DNA of 63,287 bases, filler included, from Choristocarpus tenellus KU-1152 (Eukaryota; Protista; Phaeophyceae), in the NCBI GenBank assembly GCA_964200185.2. It is 9 parts of 9 records of this genome, joined end to end, with 100 filler letters (N's around TTAATTAATTAA, not from the genome) between each part and the next. Parts side by side here need not be neighbours in the genome. Positions count along the whole stretch, not along the records: positions 23,291 to 35,845 come from CAXNAD020001793.1; positions 35,946 to 41,386 come from CAXNAD020010765.1; 7 more parts are not named here. One strand, given 5' to 3'. How positions within the stretch are numbered: position 1 is the first letter of the stretch; every line of letters starts with the position of its first letter. The notes beneath the pieces are model-generated. The model was not told where the DNA came from. It did not search any database and was given only the letters and a program-made list of their open reading frames with translations. Both the position numbers and the translations under genes were made by a program. Of this stretch, positions 26,901-38,991 are shown in pieces.

Positions 26901-29212
26901 CTTCAGTGAACATATTCTAACCCTAACCCTAACATCCTGCGAACAGCAGTATTTCTGGAAAAATGCAGTGGAAACATGGAGCGAATGTTGTAGAGATTTA
27001 GGTGCGCCAGGCAACCAACCTAGTTCATAATGTATTCAAGAGAGTCTAACCTCTTTGCCTGATACTGAATGGGACCATTGTATATTGGTAGGCAAAATGA
27101 TACGAAAAGGAATATATACACCAACAGAACAGTCGACAAGAAATTGCATTGAACCAGTAGTATGATCACCCCCTTACTACTTGATGTTGATACAACTCTC
27201 ATGATCACATGAGCTCTGGTGAGGTACATAGGATAGTGTACCTTGCTAATATTGGGAGCTGAACATGTTGTATGGTGTTCATTTGGCCTAGACATGATTG
27301 TGTAATACCCTGTAAGACTGTTGTTTCATTTTCAGCAAGGGTTAGGGTTAGAGTTAGGGTTAGGAACCCAAAGTAAAGGAGAGGTACACAGGTTTAGGGT
27401 ATTTTGCGCATATAGAATGCCTCTGAACGCATCAATGCATATGATGCAAAATTCAATGATCTGTGGAGTCGAAGTATCTTAGAGGGTAGATCGGCGTCCA
27501 TTTGTTGTCCAAAATTCAACTTTGCGATTTTTATGTAATTTTTGCTATCATTTTGGTTAGGGTTAGGGTTAAGTGTCAATATCTTTGTTCTGGACACACC
27601 TTTTCATAACGTATTCATTTCCCCTACTCTGAAATATTTTGGAGTAGGAAAATGTAATAATAAAATCTCATGGGAAGTTGAGCCCCAAATGAACAAACAG
27701 GGCGAAATCCATACCCTCTAAAATACTTCCACTCTGTGAACTCTGTACTGATCATGTTCCCATGAACCATCATATCCTATTTTGGAATCAATGTAGATCA
27801 TTTCTGAACATAAGGGGCTTATGAAGCCTTCTACGTGACTACCCTATTCCCATGCCCAAAGGGCAGCATACCCCCATCAGGAGGCTATGACTGTGGAAGA
27901 AGAGACAAAATGCTCATCCACAAAAGCATGAAATCGCCCTCCAGAAGACTACGAGTACTTGCACCAGAAGGCAGTCACAGAGGTCCTTTACGCCCAACAA
28001 TACCACCCTCTGAGATACTATTCCCCAATTGGATCCCGGCATTTTTCAGTCAGACTCTCACTACTCTCAAGAAGCTTTGGGAAATTGAAGGGGATGATGT
28101 GTAGAAGAAAGCAATAATGCGACCATTGCCTAAGATACTTCTAGCAGTTGCATCTTATAAAATACCCACTCAAGGCACACACTGCAAGCGAGATGAAAGA
28201 AAAAAAATGATCAAATTAATATTGAGTGAAAGTATCTTAGAGGGTACGAGTTTTGCCCTGTTTGTCCGTTTGGGGCTTGGCTTCTCACGAGTTTTTTCAT
28301 GACATTTTCCTATTCCGAAATGTTTCAGAGTAGGTAAAATATGTCCTATTTGGAGTAGGTATCATGTGTATGTCCGGAACAAGGATATCGACACTTCCTA
28401 GCAAACACGATAGCCAAAATTGCATCAAAATCGCAAAATTGGATTTTGGCCCCCAAATGGACACGACTCTACCCTCTAAGATAATTTGACTCATTGAACG
28501 CTCCGTAAAGTGCAAGGGTTTTTTCTCTTCAGCACATACCTTGGTGCCCCCTTCTGTAATGAAGAAAACAATGAATTGGTGAGCCAAAATGCCGAGTTGT
28601 ATATAGATTTGTCTGTAGATCATTTTGGCGAACTAAATCCAAAGTTGCTTCAAATTGCTTGGAACCAGTCCATAAATAAGCAAATGTTCACTCCTCCTAT
28701 CCATACATCATAATAATCATGATTCCCCTGTCATGGCAAATCTGTTGAAAAGGCAAGCCTCCCTTGTTGGTGTCAAACCTGCTCATTTCACATAGACCCA
28801 AAGCATTTAAGAGGGTAGGAGTTTTGCCCTGTTTTTCAGTTCGGGGCTTGGCTTCTCACAGGTTTTTATTATCTTTTTCGGTTTTCGAAACTAATTAGAG
28901 TAGGTTATATGTATACGACAATTAAAGGTCTGTCTGGAGCAAGGATATCAACACTTGCTCACAAACACAATAGCCAAAATTACATCAATATCGCAACATG
29001 GGGTTTTCGACCCCAACCAGACGTGGCCCTACCCTCTTAAATGCATTGACTCATACCAGCCTGCAAAATTACTTGTCCAGGAGGGATCTCTCTGCCTTTC
29101 TGTGTCGCTACCAGCCGTTACTGAAGACAAGTGGGGCCTTCTGGCTGTGGAACCTATCACAACATCTTGGGGGACTACTAAGTTGTATGCCCACGAAAAG
29201 ATTGTAAGATGA
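23972..29212 (+). CDS. DOT1-like (H3K79-type) class I SAM-dependent methyltransferase with N-terminal MGAGAS motif, 6 exons, about 424 aa
   Basis: join(23972..24073,24459..25136,25383..25502,25699..25776,26374..26538,29081..29212) is open, all phase 0. DOT1 motifs LVYGEI, FYDLGAGVGKTVFAAAL, CYGIEV, FADAL, ILFVHTNF and terminal TSWG..LY appear in order. Confidence 0.85.
25917..26168 (+). mobile_element. MITE family C (intronic)
   Basis: TIRs GAGTCAAAGCAAACGAAAGGTAC / GTACCTCTCATTTACTTTGGCTC. Confidence 0.8.
26729..26779 (-). mobile_element. MITE family A terminus running into TTAGGG repeats
   Basis: GAGCCAAAGTATCTTAGAGGGTAGAG then GGTTTAGGGTTAGGGTTAGGGTTAG. Confidence 0.8.
27466..27734 (-). 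mobile_element. MITE family A (intronic) with internal TTAGGG insertion
   Basis: TGTG TSD; both TIRs present. Confidence 0.9.
28224..28492 (+). mobile_element. MITE family A (intronic)
   Basis: Both TIRs present; ATT(G) duplicated at the ends. Confidence 0.9.
28795..29052 (+). mobile_element. MITE subfamily B (TIR core AAAGCATTTAAGAGGGT)
   Basis: Body homologous to family A with a variant TIR; (C)ATA duplicated at the ends. Confidence 0.8.
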
Positions 29213-29679
29213 GATGTATGATGCCACTGACAGCTGAAGATGTTCAAGGTTGGCATTTCCAAAAAGCGTAGTATTGGTGGGGAGGTTTTCAAGTGACTGG
29301 AGTTAGATCCTTCTTGTCATTGAACATAGGAAAAACTATCCAATTGACATCGTTGACCATGAATCTGACTGGTTGCCTGCAATCATGGAAATAGTAACCT
29401 CGCTCAAAATATTGCTTGATGAGTCGCAAGACTTCTTGCAACAGTTTCTCCAGTTTTATTTAGTTTTGTTCTTTCTGTACAAACAGACCTTTTTTTTCTT
29501 TACCAGATCATAATTTTGACTGTGAAACAACACATAATCTGTGCTCCAAAGTTCATCAATCTGTACTGACAGTATGACAAGTTAAAAGAGACTTCCTCAA
29601 ATAAATTTACAAGTAATTTGAATATCAGCTATCTGCTCAGAGTGGAAAATATTCTCTTGTACACTTAAATACAAGCAGT

Positions 29680-29890
29680 CTATAGGGATTTATATGTTTA
29701 GTGAACAGTGAAAAACTACAGAAGTATTGACTGAGTAGAGTAAGGGCCAAGGATTTGGTTTGGTTTGCTTCGAGTTGTAGATTCGAGTCTCAATGTATTG
29801 ACTTCTTGTTTTGTTCAATATAAGTGGCTGACGTAGTGCGACTGACACAGACACATTTTGACGTGTCTGATGACGTGCGCAATAGATAAT
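29680..29890 (-). repeat. Unclassified dispersed repeat, homologous to 50925-51300
   Basis: Its reverse complement CGTCATCAGACACGTCA...CACTACGTCAGCCACTTATA matches 50933-51001. Confidence 0.6.
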
Positions 29891-29999
29891 AATATAAGNN
29901 NNNNNNGCTGTGCTCACTCCGCTAATAAATAAATCCATACAACTTAAAGCAAAGACTATTGGAAGAGTTCTCTTTTGCATAAATACTACCAAGAATGCG

Positions 30000-31150
30000 C
30001 AGCTAACCAGCCAAGACTATTTAATTCATCACAATGGAAAACCCTTCAACCTAGAGTAGCAATTACTCTGGGTCACCTGTCAAGCACCAACCAACTGCCA
30101 GCCAAGTATGCATTATAGTGCAGGCCTTATTTTATCACCGTTGGAGCACTGTGTTGCATGATTCAAAGCATAGGTGGATATAGACTACATGAATCAATCG
30201 TTTGACTAGAGTTCTTCTTTGCTTCAACTATGCAGTTGTTCCCTCCCTTGTTCTCGTTCCTGCCTGTATTTGGAAACCATATCAGTAGAGATTCCTAGAA
30301 AATAGTGTAAGTACTGAATCTGGGTACAACGTCATGATCCATTGTAGTAGGAACCACAAGTTGCTCCATGCACGTCAAACCTCTACAGTGGTCAAATTGA
30401 ATTATTGAAAATTACTGTATTCTTGTGAGTACATGTAACTCCAGGGGAGATAGGCAATATTCTTCCAGATACATATGGGGTTTCAAGAGGTCTTGTTGTG
30501 TGGATGAATTCTTGCGATTTACCAGTTATTCGGTCATATTCTCCTCAATGCCTGGGTCGAGTCAAGATGAGTTGATGCACACAAGCAGTCCGCACTGACA
30601 GTCTCCAAACTAATCCATTATCATCAAACAAGAATTATCCACTGCCAACTAGACAAAAAAAATACCTAACATCTGTAATTGAAGAGACATCTATTGCCAA
30701 CAGTGAGGGGGGTCTGGCACAAATAGTTGACCTCTACCAAACACCATAATAATAATAATGTTTTATTTACGCTGTTCGTTTGATAAAATTGGATATGGTA
30801 GACCTTTGTTCGAGTGCATCCCAAGTATCTTTAGGATACTTTGCTCACTTTGCCACTACAGCGAGTGGGTATCACTGAAAAATACACAAGAGCACAGTGC
30901 ATTGTATGGTTTGTCATTGCTAAGGTAGCATGACAGCCCATTCGTGTGAGTCTCTATGTACATCTCCTTGCTGGACATAAATGGTGAGAATGAGAAAGGA
31001 TTGTTCGTTGCACTAAGCAATGCTGCTAATATGTACTCCACTTGATATCTCAATAGAGCCAGTCGGCACCAGATCCAATATGTACAGAGCAGATTAAAGC
31101 TCTTGGCAAGAGGTAGTCCACAGTGGGAGGTTTTAGGTATCTTCTTCGTT
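30000..31150 (-). mobile_element. Highly decayed Gypsy-like remnant
   Basis: NATKKIPKTSHCGLPLAKSFNL (about 31085-31152) resembles NTCSKSSSVQAGLPVAKAIALN in the 38.9-kb element. The remainder is only weakly RNase H-like. Confidence 0.3.
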
Positions 31151-31699
31151 GCATTTGAAGAAAAGTTGTTTAAATACTATGTATGTAGTGTCGGCATTTA
31201 TGTTTTTATTTCTGTGGCAAGAGGGAGCATATTGGGGTCATGAACTGCAAGGCTCTTGTCAAGTCACGCCAGCAATGAAGGGTATGATATATTTTTCGCA
31301 ACAATGGGAGATATTTCCATTTGAAGTATCTCTACGCATTTCTTACGGAATTTCTAGGTTATATCATCCTTTTCGGTTTATCCTGTCAAAGGAGAGGGAG
31401 CGTGCAATTTGGTACCCAGGTTTTTCTTTTTCTAGAGGTCCTTTCTATCCCTAACATTAACTCTTTCTTTTTCCCCCTCCTGTTGGATCATTGCATTTAA
31501 GTTACTGACAAACGAAGCAACACATTGAACTGATATTACTAACCCTATCCCTAACCCTAACCCTAAGCAACACATCGAACTGATATTTTTAATGATGGAA
31601 GTGATGTAGCCCCAAAAATGGTGGCCCGTAGGTTTTGAGGACAAATCGAAGATTCCCGCCAACCAAATATGAGGGGGTCGATAGATCGGTATGGCGGTT

Positions 31700-32220
31700 G
31701 TAAGATAAACTGCCAGTATACACACATACCAATGATGGTATACAATGAACACAATAACCTCAACACCTTCCTGTGGAAAGTTTTGGGCACCCCAGCAAGC
31801 AAGCAGAAAGCTTTCTGGACAAGCTAGCTACGCATGGAGTAAGGGGGAGAGGGGTTGGAAGCTACAGCGGGAAAGGAGCTGTCAAATCCTGTTGGTAACA
31901 GATAGTGTATGTCACAACACAAGTGGCTCTATCAAGACGGTCATGCGTTTAAAGCTGGAGATATAACGGAGATAGGCAAGGAGGGGCCTGTCAGATTCTT
32001 GGATGCTTCCTTAGCTCCTTGCCCTGTTGTGTAGGGCTAAGCTAGGTTGGAGGCATAGCAGGGGAGTGGTGTTGCATAGCTAGTAGTAAAATAGAATATA
32101 GATTTTACAGAGACATCTTTCACATTTACGACAACTGTTATACTTGCAGGGATTCTTAAGATATTGAATGACTTTTCATTGGTTTCTCCCACATGACACA
32201 TCAGCAAGGTGTCAGAGGGT
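31700..32220. mobile_element. Partial copy of the Stowaway-like element
   Basis: Shares GTGGAAAGTTTTGGGCACC, GTCAGATTCTTGG and GGGCTAAGCTAGGTT with 54.05-54.33 kb, and ends in the TIR TGTCAGAGGG|TA. Confidence 0.6.
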
Positions 32221-32715
32221 AAACTAATATATTCCACTATATATTTTTTTATTCAAAATATTAAAACAGATATTTAAAAAATGAAATAAAATATTTCCAT
32301 GCTGTAAAGAAAAACTGAATAAATAAAACTTCCAAGAAAATGTTGAAATTGCTGCTCCTTATTTGAGAAAGTTAGCAAATGCTTTTTAGCACTTTCATAA
32401 TATTTACGAGGGTGGGGGAAGTCATAAAATCTCAGTATTATTTGTAAGAAGAAAAGTATTGGTTAACCATTAATAATGTTACGATGCATAATTACTTGCA
32501 ACATTTTCATGGTCCCGAAATCTTAGGTATATATAATTAATTAGGGAAATATATGTCACTATACTTACTGATCTTTGGACGGCATTTTTGGACAATGAGA
32601 CTTTTGATTTGCTTGAATAAATTTAACATTCAACTCTTACTATATAATTATTAGTTTTATCTCATGTACATTAAGATTAAATACTTATTTTTGCAAGTCT
32701 TGTATTTGTTTAATT

Positions 32716-32943
32716 AAGTCAAAGTATCTTAGAGGGTAGAGCCCGCATCTTTTTGGGGGTCAAAATCCAATGTTGCGATTTTGATATAATTTTGGTTATC
32801 AAGTTTGTTAGGAAGTGTCAATATCCTCGTTCTGCACACACCTTTTCACATCACAATACAAAACATTTTGGAATAGGTAAAATATCACAAGAAAAAACTT
32901 GGGAAGATACGCCCCAAACGGACAAGACAAAACTCGTACCCTC
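32716..32943 (-). mobile_element. MITE family A, one end eroded
   Basis: AAGTCAAAGTATCTTAGAGGGTAG start; internal sequence matches. Confidence 0.85.
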
Positions 32944-34192
32944 ATTTTACGCAGTTATGAGATAGAAATGAAAAGAAAATTAGACATGATTGACAAGAGT
33001 TTGGAGAGATTTTTTTTACATAGCAACAAAGAGACAAAGGAAATGGAACAAAAACTGTGAAGTGTAACAAGAACAAATATTGCCAGAGTTGTTGCCACTT
33101 TTGTGTTCGAAAAATAATCACAAAAGTAATTACAACCATCAGTGGTTGATTGTGGAGCTGAGGCATCACTCCCGATGTTTTGCCTATATTTTGAAGGTTG
33201 CAGCCATCGCTCATCCTCTCTCTCACATTTCACTAAAAAAAGAATTCTCAATGTTTCCTGTTGCACATTGTTGGGGCTGAATCGAAACTGTGGCGACTAT
33301 TTTTTCTGATCATTAAGTACAACCTTTTGGGTTAGGATTAGGGTTAGGTTAGAATTCTAACCCTAGCCCTAACCCTCTACGATCCTCTAAAAAGCAACAA
33401 TTGAATACCATTTCAATGTCCCACGTGCTAGTAATACATCTTTCTCATCAATGTACTAAAGCAGGATTACAGTTGCATCTAACCTGGGACTGTTTTGGAT
33501 TGTATATCTGCGAAATCCACCTGTGTTAATCCGGCAATTACATCAATGCTGCGGTAGCCCCACACCCCAACAGTTACTCTGCCCAACCTCACCAAGGTAC
33601 TCGCAGCAACAGGCATTTTTTTAATACGGACAGCCAAAGAACTCTTGGCAGGCGTTCTTGCCCATAGACAAAATATCGTAAACCTAAGTTCACAAATGAA
33701 TTGCCTCTAGTCCGTGTAGTCCATCTACACGATGAGGCCATCGATGCTCGCTATGCATACAAAACCAAAAAGAGATATGGTACTGAATCTAATAATACTC
33801 TCTTTTCAACCCTAACCCTCAATTTTGAGTTGTATCATACTTTCACAAACTAGGGTAGCACTGAACAAACAGACACAAAAATGTAAATGTATGTATCTCT
33901 CAAAAGTTTGATGACCTTCGATGCTTGTGCGGTTAGGGAAAAGCACCACCCAATATCACAGTCTCTCAAGACAATAAAACAAACTCTACAACTCTACTAC
34001 TGGACAAACCATCCAATTACGCCTCAGCAATATCGTACAACAGAAAAAATAAAAAAATATTACCATTATATCACATCCTATACTCCCCCAACACCCCCCG
34101 CCACAAGGAGCTTTCCACAAAATGTTTAAAAGAAGAGGCAATACCCAACCAAGGTGACCATAACAGCAGCTCTCAGTCAATTTTCCAGCACC

Positions 34193-35044
34193 TCACAAAA
34201 AAAGTGGGGGGTAGTTTGATTCATCTGGCGACTCTCCAGCACTAAAATCAGAGAGGAGTAAATCGTCATCATCCCCAAATTGTAACCCTCCCAAATCATC
34301 CATATCCATACCCCCACCAACAGCTTTTCCAACCCCCTCCACAAATAAAATTGAATCAGTTCGATCAATGGTTGGATCAATGGCTACTTCAGAAGGAATG
34401 TCCGATTTACCCTCAGCCTGTGAAGGCTCTGGAGAGCAACCTGATCTCCAAGAACCTCTGTTGCCTTTTCCAGTAGCATGGAGGGGGGGAAGGTCTGCCA
34501 GAGTCATTGTTCGCGACTTTGGGCACAATACATGGATTGACCCCCTGATTGTTGCCTGTGGATATCATCACATGCATGTAAACAATTCAGAGCTTAGTTT
34601 CATGCCAGCCGGTTCATTATTCAAAAAAACGATTCACTCCTACAATCAAAACACTCTTGAGGCATGGAGAGACTTTAAATCCAAGCATCGGAATCAACTG
34701 AATTCAGCCAATAGCAGAGAGTAGAATGGTCTCTCTGCACAAAGTCTGCAACTAAGTTCGTGGAATGGGTTAGGGTTAGGGTTAGGGTTAGCAGGTTGAT
34801 CAGGGGAAAAAAAAGTGAAATAGAAAAAGAGATAGGTCACCTACCTCCCCGCCAATACAAGAGTTGACAAAGTTGGTAGACGGCTGTTATAGTTCAAAGA
34901 AAAAGAAATAACCTAGCAGCTACAAGATTGAAGACTGGGTTCTCTCACCTGAGGCCCACAGGAGATCACAGCAGCAGTGATTGAGCCCGTCACCTTACCC
35001 TTACTGATAATATTAACTGACTCGCACACCACATCTCCCAGTAC
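34193..35044 (-). CDS. Bactofilin-like (polymer-forming cytoskeletal beta-helix) protein, last two exons, 5'-partial
   Basis: complement(join(34193..34555,34949..35044)) with TAG/CAG acceptors and a GTGAGA donor. It reads VLGDVVCESVNIISKGKVTGSITAAVISCGPQ|ATIRGSIHVL then an acidic tail. The repeating V/I-x-G-x-I/V pattern fits bactofilin windings. Confidence 0.6.
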
Positions 35045-35945
35045 CTACAAGGTCCATTCAAGAGCAAAATAAAGGTAATGTTGCTGTTTTTGAAATAGGT
35101 TCAGGGATTCAATGGTGAAAGGCATGTATGCAAGTGAACATCAAAGGGGGGGTCTTTTGAACAAACACACAAAATTGATGTCTTCCTTAACACGGCCACA
35201 CTCTCCCACCAACCGTCAGTTTGTTACACAGGGATGGTCATATCAACAAGGAAGATGTTGGGCTATTTCACCAAACCTTCAACATGAAACATGACAAAAA
35301 AGGTACATTTATTTTCAAATGAAACGTGGCCATTATATATCAACTTGTTGCCAAATGTAGAAAAAAACATACACAAAAGGGATTGACCATTAGATACAAA
35401 AGCAATCAATCCACTTTTTGTCCAAGATTTTGGAGACAGGATTTGCTAAATTTCACCTTCAAATATACATGTCTCGACACCTTCACATCACTTTTCAAAC
35501 CAAGACTGTTAACCTATCACATGTACCACAGCTGAAAAGGTATCAAACACATAATAAAAGGTAACTTATCCTGCAGTGAAGGGATACGTGGGTACATCAC
35601 ACACAGAGAAATTTTACAAGAACCACCTGTGAGTCTTGAATGCTGCATGTACAATACTTGATCAGGAGTGGGTATTACAAAAAATTCGACACCCTGTTGA
35701 TACAATGTGTTACCTTACCGCATAGCATGACAATAACCAAACAAAATCACAGAGAAGGTTCATTATCTTTGCCAGAGTAGTAGTTACGCAAAGTATCTGG
35801 GGGGGGGGGAGGGGTCTACACCAGGGTGTCCATTTGGGTCCTGATNNNNNNNNNNNNNNNNNNNNNNNNNNNNNNNNNNNNNNNNNNNNTTAATTAATTA
35901 ANNNNNNNNNNNNNNNNNNNNNNNNNNNNNNNNNNNNNNNNNNNN

Positions 35946-38900
35946 CTCTCTACCTTATCACATAATCCACCAGTGGTGTCTATAGTGTATCAGCAGCACT
36001 ATCTACGAACACGAGGAGGATCGTGGGCCTTACCTGAAGACCATGCCCACTATCATAACACATCACGTTCACGTAGTGATGCCCTAACCCTTTTCCGCAT
36101 CGAGCTTCTTGAGCAACTGCTGTCTGACTCTCTCAGGGTCCACAGCGATCTCCTCAGTGACTCATATACAGTAGAAGTCCCGAGCATCACCAAACAACTT
36201 CTCCAGGTTCCTCAGGAAGATATGACGGCTACCGAGTGGGTTCGTATCCTGGTGAGAGAATGTACTCTTTCTTAGAGCCAATCAAAAAACGCCGTAAGGA
36301 ATACAATGAGTTCTTTAAGGACAGAGAGAAGGGGAATCGTAGAAAGCTGCAGTCAACTGTATTGTTCTACACTATCGAGCGTACACCGTAGATTCACGGA
36401 TGCTTCATGCCTGCGAGACAACTTTCTTTTGGAGGCATATATAGGTGAAGACCAACTCATTGATCTATTGACGAGCTCTCCTCATTCTTCGTCCCAATGT
36501 TCAAGATCAGATCGGAGTACAGTCCATGACATTTTAATTTCGTAAGGAGATTCGAAATCAAATTCGCCCACTGGCAATTTCTCAGAATAATCCTTCGGGA
36601 GATGAAATGGTACACATTGGGGAATGAAAGCAGAATGGATCTTCGACGATCTAATCCAAGAATTGTCCTATCGTAGCGACCAGTATGCATTTGTCCGATT
36701 AAAATGCTGCAAAATCTGCGTCGTACAAGGATAAGACCCCACTGCTTTAGGTAGCATGGGCTGATGCTCGTGCTATGTTTGCAAGATCTCCGACCTTTTG
36801 TCTGCCCCAGTTGACTCTCTGATTGGCAGACAGGAAATAGGACTGCCCCACCATAGCAGGACATCCTCGCTATATGAGGTGCTAAGCCAGAACCCACCAC
36901 CACACCAACAGGTGGTCAACAGTGTGCTGGCGGCCCTCGCGCCGATGCTCCAACCTGTTTTTTGTCCCAAATTCCATCACCCACCGTCTGTGCTGCCATG
37001 ACAAACCATCCCGCTTCTGTTCCTGGGAAACATGGGACCTCGTTCATCCCTAAGAGCAATGCATCCACACCCGTTCGACCAGTAACACCCGCCACCCAGT
37101 CTGCACCTCGATTCATGTCTTCTTTAGCCACAGACAGAGCGAGTGACACAAGTCGACACCATTCGGGTAAGGATTTATCTTCACCATCGGCTTCCCAAGA
37201 TGAGATTGTCAAGACACATCAAGTTTGCTTCCACCGTGCTTTCACCCTCGGCTGCTTCAAGTCTATCAGCTGCAGGTGTAGGTATACCCACGACAATTCC
37301 ATCGTACCTAAGGGTTACTTCGCATACCTATCCCAAGGCAAGCAGAGTACTACCCCAGGGAACGAGCCGCGAACGATGGTAGCCTTGACAGACTCCCATC
37401 TGCATTACCTCGCTGAGATGCAGGACTTTGAGTTTCCACCACTAGCTGCAAGCAGTCCGACAGATGCTGAGGCGTTAGAGTTGCCCTGAAGGTGCGCCCT
37501 GGAGTCTTCAGCTCCAGGGTACTTAGCTACTGTAGCCATAGGAAGCATGACCCCCACACCCACTTAGACATTATCCGCTATGTCACCTGCCGAACAATCT
37601 AATAAGGTATGGATATCTGCGCTATTGTGGCACCTCCGTAAAGTCTGCTCGAGAAAACCTGTACAGATACTTCTTGACACAGTTGCAGGAGGTGGGAACT
37701 ACATTTCGTCTGCTTTTAGGCGCAGTACTACTCTCTGAGGAGGTAGAACCGGCCTACCACACCTCATGCGGGTAGGTAAAGGTACGTTGCAAGCAGCAAA
37801 TCCGAAAGGATACAATATTCCACAAATGCAGGTATTAGGGTCTTGCATACTGCCAATATTGTTTCCCCCAGAGGATAGAATCAGCGATGTGACTTTCAGA
37901 GTAGTGAAAGACCTACCTTATGGAATGGTTCTGGAAGAGTGAAAGTATCTTAGAGGGTACGAGTTTTTCCCTGTTTGTCCATTTGGGGCTTGGCTTCCCA
38001 CGGTTTTTTAACGCCATTTTTCTACTCCAAAATGTTTAGGAGTATGTAAAATGTACATGTTATGAAAAAGTGTGTCCGGAACCACGGATATGATAAAATA
38101 TTGACACTTCGTAACAAACACGATAGCCAAAATTACATCAAAATCGCAACATTGGATTTTGACCCCCAAATGGACGCGGCTCTACTCTCTAAGATACTTT
38201 GGCTCGGAAGCAGAATTCTGTAGGCAACACAAGAGCATACTGTCATTTAGAGAGGGGGAAGGTTTCCGACCCGCTCCACACTCACCATGGATACCTTTCG
38301 TTCGAGCTGTGATACCCAGATCTCGTGATAATAGTATACCCCTGTCAGCCCTAGAAGAATGGCAAGCATCGATGACTGCCACAACCCGACCTTCCAAGTA
38401 CCACAGATTGCCTCTTAATACCCCCAGACCAGCTGGATGAAGAGAACCCCCCCTGACACACTTCCCAGGTCCCCAAGATGCACTAGTACTCCAACTGGTG
38501 AACATACGCAACCAGGGAAGGAACATGCAAGTTTTTTTTATGTAGACCCAGAAGGAGGTACCTCAGATGCGGATCCAGAAGCAGGTACCGTAGCAATAGA
38601 CCTTACCCAAGACAAGGATCCTCTGACCCCATCACTGGAGAATCCGGGTCTAGTGCCCCTCCCAGTAGAGGTAGTGTGGGAGGACGATGGGACTTTACAG
38701 TGGGAACTACGTCTGCCAGAAGTAGAAAATGTAGAAGGGCTTGTCGGCAAAATTTGCAAAGGATTCTTTACGGGGGCACAACCACAGTCCAGACAGCTGG
38801 TGGTGATTGAGTCTTTGTCTGAGTTTAACTTGGAATTAGGAAATGCTGTTGGAATTGCCAGAGGTGTACAATGGTGGAAACCAGGAACCCCCATATATTA

Positions 38901-38991
38901 CAAGCTGGTAAACACATGCAGCAAATCCAGTAGTGTCCAAGCAGGGCTGCCAGTTGCAAAGGCAATCGCTCTAAATACTCAAGATACAGGA
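35946..38991 (+). mobile_element. Degenerate LTR retrotransposon gag-protease region (Gypsy-like)
   Basis: Cys/His knuckle CFHRAFTLGCFKSISCRCRYTH (about 37225-37292). Aspartic protease PVQILLDTVAGGGNYIS (about 37658-37710) and DLPYGMVLEAEF, restored after MITE removal. Confidence 0.7.
37937..38205 (+). mobile_element. MITE family A inside retroelement protease
   Basis: Perfect GGAA TSD. Confidence 0.95.
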
